Below are positions 37,332 to 47,410 of a DNA stretch of 64,000 bases, piece after piece; within the stretch, counting starts at the first letter, position 1, and every line of letters begins with the position of its first letter. The notes under the pieces were generated by a model. The model was given only the letters and a program-made list of their open reading frames with translations. It had not been told where the DNA came from and ran no database searches. The stretch spans positions 62,001 through 126,000 of the forward strand of contig MFPR01000001.1 of NCBI GenBank assembly GCA_001784175.1, given 5' to 3'. Source of the DNA: Candidatus Lindowbacteria bacterium RIFCSPLOWO2_12_FULL_62_27 (lineage in GTDB: Bacteria > Lindowbacteria > 2-12-FULL-62-27). The position numbers and the translations under genes were made by a program.

Positions 37332-39447
37332 TTACTGCCACCGCTTGGCGGGGCGCGTGAGGGGGCTGTTCTTCGCGATGTACCGGGTCACCGCCTCTCG
37401 GATGGAAACGCCGGTTGAATGTCTGGATGCGGCCATGGACAACGCCGTGTAGTTTGCCCGATCCGCCACATAATCGCTTGCCGCGAGTGTATAGGTTCGG
37501 TCCATCGGAATGACCTCGTCGCGTTCGCCGGTGAGCGTTACGGCCGGCGAATCGGAAGCTGTGGTGGACGCGTGGACCTTGATCTGCAGTCCCGAAACGT
37601 AGAGTGAACCGGTTCGGCTGGGCGGCTTCCTGAAAGAGGGCGGCGAGATCAGCGTCGGTCATTCGGAGAAGGACGAGTTCGTCGTCGTAGGGCAGCGCGT
37701 ATTCGATCATCCCAGCCGAAATGCCGCCCTTCGGAAAATTTCCGCACAGGCCGCTTGGGTTATAGATCCCGATGTCAGCGCCGGTGGCGGCGCGCGCCGC
37801 GTCGGCGACGACGTTGCCGACGCCGCCCTCATCCCACGGCGCCACCCATAGAAGGTTGTCACGGGTTTTTCCAACGTTTTTCCTCTCGTTGGATTCACGA
37901 AGGGCGTCGTATTGGACGAAAAGAGGCGATGGTCCGCCCTCATGCAACTGCAATTTCAGAACACCTTCGGGGTCGAACGCCAAAAACGTGTAGCTCCGAC
38001 GGCCGGGCGTGGGAACGTAGGTCCACGTCCCTCCGTAGGGCGAGAGTGGGAGCCGCGTCAGGTTCAATTTCCGGAGAAGCTCCGGCAACGGGGGCGGCTG
38101 GTCGGGTTCGACATGCTCGCGAACGTTCCTCAACCACTTGACAGACTCACGTGCCCGCGGGTCTTGAATTCGGTCATCTCGTATATCCCCGTGCATCTCA
38201 ACCCGCCCTTCGGCAAAATCTCCGACAACGCCATTCGCCACTCGCGCGATCCGCACGATGTCCGGACACGTCGAGCCGGACGGAAGCTCCGTGAACCAGA
38301 CGTCCTTGTCAGACGCATGCGTTTCAAATTTGAGCTCGGCGCGGGATTCCCATCGGACGATGACAACGCAGCGTTCACCGGCGGCAATTCCTTCGCCGGC
38401 AATGAGGAGTGACCCTCGTTTGAGTTCGACGGTATCACTCAGTCGATACGGCCTTGAGATGAATCTGGCGTCCCGAATGACCGGCGCCGGAGGCTTGCTC
38501 AGAATCTCAAAAGACTCCCCACGATCCACCTCCAGATGCCAGACATCCCCCTGCAGGTGGGCGCATGGGAGTGTGACGTAGCCGATCGGCCAGTTTGACG
38601 GGATTCGCCAAAGGCCGGGTGTATTCTGGTCAGCAGCAGAAGGTCCGCGTTCGGCAACCCAAGGAATGATCGTCCCGTCCGGGAATTCGGCCAGCAGCCG
38701 GTAGGCGTCGGCCGGAGCGCCCGCCGTGATCTCCTTCAGCTCGCCATGCAGACCCTTACGCTCCCGTACGTGTACTGAAGCGTACGGGTCGGGAAGGTAG
38801 TATCCGTCGACGATGCAGAGATCAGCGGGTTCCGAGGCCAGACCGCGTTGAACCACCTTCAGCGTCGCCCGGCCCTCCTGCGCATCCTTCGGGACGCACA
38901 CGGCCAGGCCTGCTTCGTAGTCCCGGCTCTTGGCGGGCGCCAGAAACCACTCGAGCTGCCAGCTTCTTCCACCCTGCTCCAGAATCAGTTTAATATCGGG
39001 ATCATACTGATTTTTACCATACCGGATGAGTTGCCGGGCCTGCACGATCATCCACCAGCCATGTGCCGTCAGGCGCGGCAGGTCAGTGATGAGAGGCGGA
39101 ACCTCGCGCGAAACGATGCGGATCGGAATGACGCCGGTGTCCACATGAAGTTTCGCAGGACCATATTCCAGATCATGTGGAAGGAAGACATAATGTCTCA
39201 CCCATGTCATGTTCTGTTTGAAATCGCCAATCGCGTGATCGCTGCCGATCTCAACATCGTCGAATTTCTTCGCGCCTTGTTCAATCCACACGTATTCCCA
39301 CGAAAACGACCGTTTCAACTTCATCCCTGGTCGGCGGACGACCAGCGTCTGTCCCGGCATTCCCTCGGCCGCGTCGATGCTCCATGCGGTCACGCGCGGT
39401 TCGAGATCGTACCGGTACCAGTATAACTGCTTGCCCGCATCCTTCAT
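37332..39447 (-). pseudogene. Mosaic protein with C-terminal 5'-nucleotidase substrate-binding domain, interrupted by a +1 frameshift
   Basis: EGGVGNVVADA..ADIGIYN...LPYDDELV in the annotated frame; the domain continues in the +1 frame (SLYVSGL...TYTLAASDYVA...IREAVTRYIAKNSP) to TAA 37332. Confidence 0.6.
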
Positions 39448-39624
39448 TCTGCGCCATAAATCCTCAAGTACCGGGTCGGCAGAGGTTGGAGACGCCGGAT
39501 CACGGGGTGTATCCCGGAGAGGTGCGGTCCTGCCGACGTAGGCTAGTGGAAACGCGCACAGACGATAAAAATCCGGGTATGCATGGAAGACCGCATCCGG
39601 ATTTCTGTTGAATTGCTGAATCAG

Positions 39625-40116
39625 TCAGCGGGCGGGATCGGCCAGTGGCCGTTCGAGCGCCTCGTCAATAATGAACTGTATCATTAGCCGCCGCGTCTCA
39701 TTCAAGGCGACCTCACCACGATGCAGCGACTGGTCAGCCAGTTCGAACTCTCCGAGGCTCATCAGCAGGTACGTCAGATCGATCCAACCATCGAGCGAGG
39801 GCGGCATGCCTGCCAGACGCGAGAGGTCGACGGTTGAATCGCCCGGCTCAATGGTGGCCGCCGTCTGATAGGCCCAGACACGGCTGGACATTCGGGTGAC
39901 CATCGCGGCGCCGGTTGCAGTGTCCTTTTCCACCGATTCCAAAAGAACGTCGTACCTCACGGCCGCTTCTTTCAGACGCCGCCGGGCCTCCTCTCTCTGG
40001 CGACTGGCGCGGTCCGCATAAGAAGTCATGTGTGCTGGTTCCTTCCATGCGGCGACTTCGAGCGCGTTCAGAGCGACACAAATCGCCGCCACCAGCACGA
40101 ACGCCCGACAGCACAT
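39625..40116 (-). CDS. Hypothetical secreted helical protein
   Basis: Signal-like MCCRAFVLVAAICVALNA; no recognisable motif. Confidence 0.5.
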   Translation of the reverse strand: MCCRAFVLVAAICVALNALEVAAWKEPAHMTSYADRASRQREEARRRLKEAAVRYDVLLESVEKDTATGAAMVTRMSSRVWAYQTAATIEPGDSTVDLSRLAGMPPSLDGWIDLTYLLMSLGEFELADQSLHRGEVALNETRRLMIQFIIDEALERPLADPAR

Positions 40117-40127
40117 GGACGCGCGAA

Positions 40128-41666
40128 TCAGTGCTCCTGAAGCGATCGCGGCGGGCACGGCGTGAGGCCGAGCGCGTCCCGGACCTGGCACACGATCCCG
40201 CGCCACTTCGCGCTCAGCACACGCCAGTCGGACGGGTCCATGACGCTCTCGCGGGTCTGCAGGCAGAACACCGGCACGTTCTCGTCGCCGTACCGCGGGT
40301 GCCCCAGCACGAGGTCCTCCCACGGCACGCCACTCGTCACCACAAACTCGGCGCTCGATTTCGACTCCGACAGCGATAGCGCAGGCCCGCGCCATTCGAG
40401 GCGGCCGTCCGCCAGCGTGTACCGGCCGGCCCGCAGCGTGCCCGGACTTCGGAAAATTCCCTTGCGGTTGTTGCACACGATGATGTTCGATCCCTCGATG
40501 TCGGTAAGCGATTCGTTGTATCGCCGGATATCCTCCGGCGGAAGGTCCAAGCCCATGAATTCGGCGACATGAAAAAACGGCAGCGGCACGATGCCCTGCA
40601 TCGCCTCGAAATCCGCCATGTACTGCGACTCGCCCACCAGGCGCGCGTTGATCTCGCTCACGTACACCGCGTCCGGCCGGCCCTGGCGGTCGACCGTGGT
40701 GAGGAAATCGATCCCGAAGTTCCCGCGATAGCAGTTGTGGCCCATCCAGCGCCCGACCCGGACCATGATCTCAAGGACCTGCCGGCGAAGCTCCGGCGGC
40801 ATGCCTCGGAGCGAGAAATCGGAGCCGCTGTACTGCGTGGCGCTCGTGGTCACGGCCGGATCGCCCACGATCTGGATGCAGGGCGGCGACAGCACAATCT
40901 CGCCGTTGCACACGGCCGCCGTGCAGTTGAAACTCGGGCCGGACAAGAATCTCGTGATCTTGACCTGCGTATGCGCGAAGGCCGCGCCGAGACTGCGCCG
41001 CTTGCCCTCCATCATCCGCATAAAATCCTCGTCGGTCCGGATGATGTGCGTGCCCTGGCCCGCAGCCGACAGCGGCACCTGCACCACAAACGCGCCGCCG
41101 TACTTGTCGGCCAGCTCCCGGTACTCGATCTGGCCGAAAAATCCTAGCGAGCTTTCCGGCGGGATCGGAATGCCGAGCTGTTCGGCCCGCCAGGCCAGCC
41201 GTGCCTTGTAATCGAAATAATTCTGCACAATGACGGGATTTTGAAGCAGATGGACCTTGCGACCCTTCCGGAACAGAAACTCCTGCAAATCGAGCGTTGT
41301 GCTGAACGCCACGAAATGGATTTCGCCCGCCGCCGCGCGCTCCGCCAGCGCTTTCGATATCTCATCGCCGTGGTCCTTGCAGAAGTAGTGGTCGAAGGAG
41401 TCGCTCGAGCCTGGCCGGACCCGCTTGTATTTCTCGTACGAAAACACCTGCGCGCCCCAGCCCTTCTCAATTCCCTCCCGGATGTCGTCGCCGTAATCGT
41501 CGCAGAGGACCATCGACACCTTCAGAAAATGCGAGAGCATGTGCGCGTCCGCGCCCGACCCGCCGTAATAGACGAAGCGTTTGTCCCGAAACCATCCCCG
41601 CCGCGCGGCCTCCTCCTGCAATGCGCTCAGGCTCTCCAGCGGCGAGCGGCGGATCGCGGGCGACAT
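40128..41666 (-). CDS. ATP-grasp fold ligase (peptide/amide ligase-like)
   Basis: FVVQVPLSAAGQGT, YRGNFGIDFL, SEINAR. Confidence 0.72.
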   Translation of the reverse strand: MSPAIRRSPLESLSALQEEAARRGWFRDKRFVYYGGSGADAHMLSHFLKVSMVLCDDYGDDIREGIEKGWGAQVFSYEKYKRVRPGSSDSFDHYFCKDHGDEISKALAERAAAGEIHFVAFSTTLDLQEFLFRKGRKVHLLQNPVIVQNYFDYKARLAWRAEQLGIPIPPESSLGFFGQIEYRELADKYGGAFVVQVPLSAAGQGTHIIRTDEDFMRMMEGKRRSLGAAFAHTQVKITRFLSGPSFNCTAAVCNGEIVLSPPCIQIVGDPAVTTSATQYSGSDFSLRGMPPELRRQVLEIMVRVGRWMGHNCYRGNFGIDFLTTVDRQGRPDAVYVSEINARLVGESQYMADFEAMQGIVPLPFFHVAEFMGLDLPPEDIRRYNESLTDIEGSNIIVCNNRKGIFRSPGTLRAGRYTLADGRLEWRGPALSLSESKSSAEFVVTSGVPWEDLVLGHPRYGDENVPVFCLQTRESVMDPSDWRVLSAKWRGIVCQVRDALGLTPCPPRSLQEH

Positions 41667-41667
41667 C

Positions 41668-42711
41668 TCAGCCCCTCAGCCGGTAGGTCCGGCCGCGGCT
41701 GCGCGCGGGATTGCCCCGGATGACCCGAAGCGCGAGCCGGCGCGTGTCGAAGATCGCCGTGGCGAGCGTCGCGTGTTCGTTGCGGGGTTCGGGGATGCAG
41801 AAGAAGCAGAAAGGCGCGCCGTCCCGTGACCCCAGCAGGCGGCGAATGTCGCGCGCGCCAAATCTCGGATGCCGCGCGATGTAGTCCCGGCCCATCCCGT
41901 ACCGCGTCAGCGTCCACTGCATGTGGCCCGGACTTTCCATGTCGATCAGGTCCGGATGCAAATAGTGGTTGGTGTGCAGGAAAACCCCCCGGGGCCGGCT
42001 GAACGCCACGCGCTTCGCCGACGTCTCGATGTTCACAAACTGCCCGTACCGGAAGAGATTGATGCTCTGCCCGAACGACCGGTAATGCGCCCGCGCGATG
42101 TGGATGGCCGTCTTGAAGTCCGGCGCGTCCAGGATGGCCCGCGTGATGAACGTCCGCGGGATGCCCACCCGCCGGTCGCGCGGCGAGAGATAGTTGATCG
42201 CGTGAAAAATCCCATGCGAATTCAGCCCGACGCTCATCCCCGGCAGATACCCGAAATACGCCAGCGCCAGAAACCCGCCGCCGGTCGGATACCGCGCCCG
42301 CAGCACATACACGTCGTTCTGCCCCGACGTCCAGTCCTCGTTGTGCCCCACGACGTAGTGAGAATTGCACGGAACCGCCACGGTCGAACAATTGTCCGAC
42401 CCGCGCGTGTACGGCGCGTCGATCTCAAGCAGTTCAATGTAGTTCAGCGCATAGATGTCGCGGAACGGCACGCCCGCCCCCTGCGCCACGCCGTCCAGCT
42501 CCTCCACATACCTCGGAAACGCCCGCGCGCTCCTTGCCAGCGACTCGTCCAGCGCCTCCTGCACCGTCCCGATCCGGCCGGTCCAGTGCGTCGCGAGCTG
42601 CGCGTTGTTGTGCCGGACATAATGGCGGATCTCCCGCCGGAACGCGCGGCCGATCGCAAGGCCGATGTCATAATTGAATCCGGAAACTTCAAATTCGATC
42701 AAAGATCCCAT
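41668..42711 (-). CDS. C45-family Ntn hydrolase/acyltransferase
   Basis: EELDGVAQGAG, autocleavage DN-CST, GHNEDW, GLNSHG, HTNHY. Confidence 0.88.
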   Translation of the reverse strand: MGSLIEFEVSGFNYDIGLAIGRAFRREIRHYVRHNNAQLATHWTGRIGTVQEALDESLARSARAFPRYVEELDGVAQGAGVPFRDIYALNYIELLEIDAPYTRGSDNCSTVAVPCNSHYVVGHNEDWTSGQNDVYVLRARYPTGGGFLALAYFGYLPGMSVGLNSHGIFHAINYLSPRDRRVGIPRTFITRAILDAPDFKTAIHIARAHYRSFGQSINLFRYGQFVNIETSAKRVAFSRPRGVFLHTNHYLHPDLIDMESPGHMQWTLTRYGMGRDYIARHPRFGARDIRRLLGSRDGAPFCFFCIPEPRNEHATLATAIFDTRRLALRVIRGNPARSRGRTYRLRG

Positions 42712-42720
42712 GAGCGCGAA

Positions 42721-42749
42721 ACACTACCCTGCGTCCGCCGCTTTGTCCA
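42721..42749 (-). promoter_or_regulatory. sigma70 promoter (near-leaderless)
   Basis: TGGACA-N17-TAGTGT, 9 nt before ATG 42711. Confidence 0.45.
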
Positions 42750-42804
42750 GTTTTCCCGCATCCAATTGATACTGCCTCCGGAACCTGATACCTGTTGTCT
42801 GTCA

Positions 42805-43491
42805 ATGAACCAAGACAGGGCCGTGCTGGAGGGCATGAATCTGCAAAAGCGTTTCCAAACCGGCGGCGAAGTCCGCGCCGTGCTGGACGGCGTATCGATC
42901 CGGCTGGCCACCGGCGAATGGCTGGCGGTCCTCGGACCGTCCGGCGTCGGCAAAACGACGCTGCTCCACATCCTCGCCGGCCTCCTCCCGCCGGACGCCG
43001 GGCAGGTCCTCTGGGATCAAACGGATCTCTACGCGATGGATGAGACCGCAAGGGACCACCAGCGGGCGGCCCAGGCCGGCCTCGTGTTCCAGTTTCATCA
43101 CCTGCTCCCCGACCTGACCGTCGAAGAGAATGTCCGGCTCGCGCTGCAGTTGGCGCGCCGCAATCACAGGGACACGGACGCCCGGAAGTCCGTGACCGAT
43201 CTACTCGACCGCCTCCATCTTCGTAACCTCGCCGGCGCGCGGATCGACAAGCTCTCAGGCGGCGAGCGCCAGCGCGTCGCCGTCGCCCGCGCGCTCGTCC
43301 ACCACCCCAGATTCATCTTCGCCGACGAGCCGACCGGCAACTTGGACGAATCGGCGGCCGGCGCGGTCCTCGACCTCCTCGACACCGCCCGCCGCACCGA
43401 GGGCGTCGCGATCCTCCTCTCGACCCACAACCCCGCCGCCGCCGCCCGCGCCGACCGACGCCTCACGCTGCACGCGGGGAAAATCATGTGA
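42805..43491 (+). CDS. ABC transporter ATP-binding protein (LolD-like)
   Basis: GPSGVGKTT, VFQFHHLL, LSGGERQR, ADEPTGNLD. Confidence 0.9.
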   Translation: MNQDRAVLEGMNLQKRFQTGGEVRAVLDGVSIRLATGEWLAVLGPSGVGKTTLLHILAGLLPPDAGQVLWDQTDLYAMDETARDHQRAAQAGLVFQFHHLLPDLTVEENVRLALQLARRNHRDTDARKSVTDLLDRLHLRNLAGARIDKLSGGERQRVAVARALVHHPRFIFADEPTGNLDESAAGAVLDLLDTARRTEGVAILLSTHNPAAAARADRRLTLHAGKIM

Positions 43492-44624
43492 GCATGCCGC
43501 GCTCGTCCATGGCCCGCCGGATCGCATGGCTTCCGGGCGACGGCATCGGACCCGAGGTGCTGTCGGCGGCGCGGCTCGTTCTCGACCGGCTCGGGTTCGA
43601 CGCCGAATACATTCACGGCGACATCGGCTGGGAGTGCTGGCGAAGGGAGGGAGATCCTCTTCCGCCGCGGACGATCGATCTGTTGAAAACCGTCGACGCG
43701 GCCATGTTCGGCGCCATCACCTCCAAACCGGCCGGGCAGGCGGAAAGGGAACTCGACGCACCTCTGCGCGGCAAAGGATTGGCATACCGTTCGCCCATTG
43801 TGCGGCTGCGACAGATGTTCGATCTCTACATCTGCCTGAGACCCTGCACGGCGTATCCGGGCAATCCGATGAATTACAAAGAAGGGATCGATCTGGTGAT
43901 ATTTCGGGAAAACACCGAGGACCTTTACGCGGGCGTGGAATTTCATCCGGCGCCGACCGCCCTGTCTGCCGTGCTGTCCGATCTCTCGCTGTCGTTCTCT
44001 CCATACAAACATCTGCGCCCCGATCAGTATGCCGTGTCCTGCAAGATCAACACGCGCGCCGGATCGGAACGGATCGCCCGCGCGGCCTTCGATTTCGCCC
44101 GCGCGCGCGGCCGGAAGAAAGTCACGATCGTGCACAAAGCCAATGTGGTGCGGGCCTCCGACGGCCTGTTCCTGGAAACGGCGCGGGAGGTGGCCGCAGC
44201 CTATCCCGAAATTCTTGTGGAAGACGCCAACGTGGACGCCGCCGCAATGTGGCTGCTCAAAAATCCCCTCAATTACGACGTCCTCCTCGCCCCCAACCTC
44301 TACGGCGACATTCTCTCCGATATTTGCGCGCAGATGGTGGGCGGGTTGGGATTCGGCTGTTCGGGAAATATCGGCGACCGATTGGCGGTCTTTGAGCCGA
44401 CGCACGGTTCCGCCCCCAAATACGCCGGCCAGAACAAGGTCAATCCGATCGCGGCCATACTTGCGGCGAAAATGATGCTGGATCATCTGGGCGAACCCGA
44501 AATGGCAAAACGGCTTGAGTCGGCCGTCGCGAGGGTGATCCGCGAGGGGAAAGTTCGGACGTACGACATGGGCGGATCGCACACGACAACGGAAATGGCC
44601 CGGGCCATCGCCGGGAAGGTATAG
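43488..44624 (+). CDS. Beta-decarboxylating dehydrogenase (isocitrate/homoisocitrate/isopropylmalate family)
   Basis: GDGIGPEV, RENTEDLY, HKANV, NLYGDILSD, EPTHGSAP. Confidence 0.9.
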   Translation: MSMPRSSMARRIAWLPGDGIGPEVLSAARLVLDRLGFDAEYIHGDIGWECWRREGDPLPPRTIDLLKTVDAAMFGAITSKPAGQAERELDAPLRGKGLAYRSPIVRLRQMFDLYICLRPCTAYPGNPMNYKEGIDLVIFRENTEDLYAGVEFHPAPTALSAVLSDLSLSFSPYKHLRPDQYAVSCKINTRAGSERIARAAFDFARARGRKKVTIVHKANVVRASDGLFLETAREVAAAYPEILVEDANVDAAAMWLLKNPLNYDVLLAPNLYGDILSDICAQMVGGLGFGCSGNIGDRLAVFEPTHGSAPKYAGQNKVNPIAAILAAKMMLDHLGEPEMAKRLESAVARVIREGKVRTYDMGGSHTTTEMARAIAGKV

Positions 44625-44628
44625 GGAA

Positions 44629-45540
44629 ATGAAAAAAAGCGAAACGCTCCGCGCCGCCATCCTCGCCCGCCGCGCCATGGTGGTTCCCGGCTGTCACGAC
44701 GCGCTGAGCGCGAAGGTGATCGAATCGTGCGGGTTCGAAGCCGTTCAGATTTCCGGGTTCGGCCTCGCGGCAGCGCTTCTCGGAAAACCCGATGTGGGGC
44801 TTGTTCAGATGAAGGACGTGCTCGACCTCACTTGGAACATCGCGCAAGCGGTGTCGATCCCCGTGATGGCGGACATCGACACCGGCGGCGGCAACGCCGT
44901 CAACGCGGCCGCCGTCACCGACCGGCTGATCGCCATGGGCGTGGCCGGGATGAACATCGAGGACCAGGTCTTCCCCAAACGATGCGGCCACATGGCGGGC
45001 AAGGAAGTGATCCCGGCGGAGGAGATGGGGGGAAAAATCCGGGCGTGCGTTCAGGCGCGGGACCGGCTGGACCGGGACTTCGTCATCAACGCCCGCACCG
45101 ACGTCTATTCGGTCCGCGGCCTGGATGAAGCGATCCGCCGGTGCAACCTCTATTTCGACGCCGGCGCCGATCTCGCCTTCATCGACGGCATCGGAACGAA
45201 AAAGGAAATCGCGCAGGCGGTCCGGACGCTCAAGGGTCCGCTGTCGGTCAATCTCATGGACGCCGTCACCGGCGTCAAGACGGAACTGGTACCGATTCCG
45301 GAACTGGCGGCGATGGGCGTCGGCCGCGTGTCGATCCCCGTGGCGTCGATTCTCGCCGAGCACAAATCGCTGACTGATTTTTTCCGCGACCTGAAAGCGT
45401 CGCCGTCCGGACTTCTGGAAGGGCAGACACGCCGGGTCACGCCATTCGCCGAATTTCTCGAATTCGTCGGCCTGAAGGAATACCGCCAAATGGAACAGGA
45501 ATTCCTCCCGAAAGAAAACGTGGACCGGAAATACAAATGA
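44629..45540 (+). CDS. Isocitrate lyase/PEP mutase superfamily C-C lyase (methylisocitrate/dimethylmalate lyase-like)
   Basis: DIDTGGG, IEDQVFPKRCGH, NARTD. Confidence 0.88.
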   Translation: MKKSETLRAAILARRAMVVPGCHDALSAKVIESCGFEAVQISGFGLAAALLGKPDVGLVQMKDVLDLTWNIAQAVSIPVMADIDTGGGNAVNAAAVTDRLIAMGVAGMNIEDQVFPKRCGHMAGKEVIPAEEMGGKIRACVQARDRLDRDFVINARTDVYSVRGLDEAIRRCNLYFDAGADLAFIDGIGTKKEIAQAVRTLKGPLSVNLMDAVTGVKTELVPIPELAAMGVGRVSIPVASILAEHKSLTDFFRDLKASPSGLLEGQTRRVTPFAEFLEFVGLKEYRQMEQEFLPKENVDRKYK

Positions 45541-46826
45541 TCCGGACGGTGGTCGAAAAAATTCTGGCCCGCGCGTCGGGCCGCTCCGGCGTGACGGCGG
45601 GAGACGTGGTGGAGCCCAGGGTGGATCTGGCGATGTCCCACGAAAACGCCGCGCTGGTCATCCACCAGTTTTCGGAAATTTACAGGGGAACGGGATTGGA
45701 CATGCGCGTGTGGGATCCTTCCCGGATCACCATTATCTTCGACCATCGCACGCCCGCCGAAAGCGCCAAAACGGCGACCAACCAGAAAAAGGTTCGGGCG
45801 TTTGTGGGGGAACAGCGCATCGACAAATTTCACGACATCCGGGGCGACCGTGGTGGAATCTGCCACCAGATCCTGCCGGAATACGGCTATGTCCGCCCGG
45901 GTCAGGTGGTGGTCGGCACCGACAGCCACACGACGACCCATGGCGCGCTGGGGGCGTTCGCGTTCGGCATCGGCGCGACGGAAATGGCGGCCGTCTGGGC
46001 GCTGGGGACGGCGTTGAACGTGGAAGTTCCCGGCACGATCAAGGTGATCTTGCGCGGGCGATTTGCCGCGCGAGTTTGCGCCAAAGATGCGATCCTTCAT
46101 CTGATCGGCCAAATTTCAGCCGAGGGTGCCAACTTCAGGGTCATCGAGTTTCACGGCGACGCGGTGGACCGGATGCCGACTTCCGGCCGGCTCGTGCTCT
46201 GCAACATGGCGATGGAAGCCGGAGCGACGTCGGGGATTGTTCCGGCGGACGAAGAAACGCGCCGGTACTTGCGGGAGGAGGCGGGAGTGTCCGACGACAT
46301 CGAATGCGTTCGGCCGGACGAGGACGCAAGCTACGAGCGCTCGATCGAGATCGACGTCTCGGACCTTTCGCCGCAGATCGCCTGTCCGCACCGGGTGGAC
46401 AACGTGAAAAGCGTGGATGCCGTGGAAGGCGTCAAGGTCGATCAGATCGTCATCGGGTCCTGCACCAACGGCCGGCTTGACGACCTCGCCATCGCAGCCG
46501 GCATTTTGCGGGGCCGGAAAGTTGCGGCGAGCACGAGGCTCCTGGTATTCCCGGCGTCATGGAGAGTTTACCAGGCGGCGTTAAAGGAGGGGTATCTGTC
46601 CGATCTTGCGGAGTCGGGCGCGACGATCCTGAACGCCGGCTGCGGCTGTTGTCTGGGCGTGCATCAGGGCGCGCTGGGCGACGGCGAAGTTGCGCTGTCG
46701 ACCACGAACCGAAATTTTCAGGGACGGATGGGCAATCCCGACTCTGAAGTGTATCTCTGTTCGCCGGCCGTCGCCGCGGCCAGCGCGATCGCCGGCGCCA
46801 TCGCCGATCCGAGAAAGGCGGGCTGA
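45537..46826 (+). CDS. LeuC/HacA/DmdA-type hydro-lyase large subunit
   Basis: DHR, GICHQ, DSHT, IGSCTNGR, GCGCCLG, TNRNF. Confidence 0.9.
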   Translation: MIRTVVEKILARASGRSGVTAGDVVEPRVDLAMSHENAALVIHQFSEIYRGTGLDMRVWDPSRITIIFDHRTPAESAKTATNQKKVRAFVGEQRIDKFHDIRGDRGGICHQILPEYGYVRPGQVVVGTDSHTTTHGALGAFAFGIGATEMAAVWALGTALNVEVPGTIKVILRGRFAARVCAKDAILHLIGQISAEGANFRVIEFHGDAVDRMPTSGRLVLCNMAMEAGATSGIVPADEETRRYLREEAGVSDDIECVRPDEDASYERSIEIDVSDLSPQIACPHRVDNVKSVDAVEGVKVDQIVIGSCTNGRLDDLAIAAGILRGRKVAASTRLLVFPASWRVYQAALKEGYLSDLAESGATILNAGCGCCLGVHQGALGDGEVALSTTNRNFQGRMGNPDSEVYLCSPAVAAASAIAGAIADPRKAG

Positions 46827-46831
46827 GGCCG

Positions 46832-47410
46832 GTGTCGAAGGTCGTGTTGAAACTCGGCGACGACGTTTCGACCGACATCATTTACCCCGGCCGGTTCATG
46901 GCCACCGTCCTGCCGGCCGAAACTCCCCGGCATGCCTTCGCCGACATCCCCCAATTCAACTCGCGCCTGCTGAAAAAAGAAATCGCCCCGGGCAGTGTGA
47001 TCGTGGCCGGCAAAAACTTCGGCTGCGGCTCATCCCGCGAACAGGCGGTGTCGGCCCTGAAAGGACATGAGCTCGTGGTGGCGGCCAAAAGTTTCGCGAG
47101 AATCTTTCTTCAAAATGCCGTCAACCTGGGGTTGAAAACAGTTGCCTGTCCCGGCATCGAAGCGTCGGAAGGAGACGAAGTGGAGTTGACCGTCGGACAG
47201 GGATGTCCTGTCCCAAACGCTTCAGACTCGGAAAATTCCAGGAGGGAATTTTCCCCAGTACGCGTTGGGGGCGGGCATGTCATCAATCATTCGACCGGCG
47301 GGAGGTTCGACCTCATACCGCTTCCCCGACCCCGGCAGGAAATCATGGACGCCGGCGGGTTGATCCCGTATGCGCGGGTCAGGCTGCTGAAACGTCCTAA
47401 AATTATTTAA
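46832..47410 (+). CDS. LeuD/HacB/DmdB-type small subunit with about 25-aa insertion
   Basis: [32 protein letters not shown]. Confidence 0.88.
   Translation: MSKVVLKLGDDVSTDIIYPGRFMATVLPAETPRHAFADIPQFNSRLLKKEIAPGSVIVAGKNFGCGSSREQAVSALKGHELVVAAKSFARIFLQNAVNLGLKTVACPGIEASEGDEVELTVGQGCPVPNASDSENSRREFSPVRVGGGHVINHSTGGRFDLIPLPRPRQEIMDAGGLIPYARVRLLKRPKII
47195..47281. repeat. Nested palindromic insertion within the LeuD-like CDS
   Basis: GGACAGG-N5-CCTGTCC and GGAAAATTCC-N5-GGAATTTTCC plus imperfect outer arms. Confidence 0.6.

Noticed and set aside
39625-39627. Selenocysteine or programmed readthrough at the in-frame TGA
   Set aside because: No redox-motif context or convincing SECIS hairpin; an open 59-codon stretch can arise by chance.
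44629-45540. PEP mutase / phosphonate biosynthesis cluster
   Set aside because: The motif is EDQVFPKRCGH (lyase type), not EDKxxxxxNS, and no other phosphonate genes are present.
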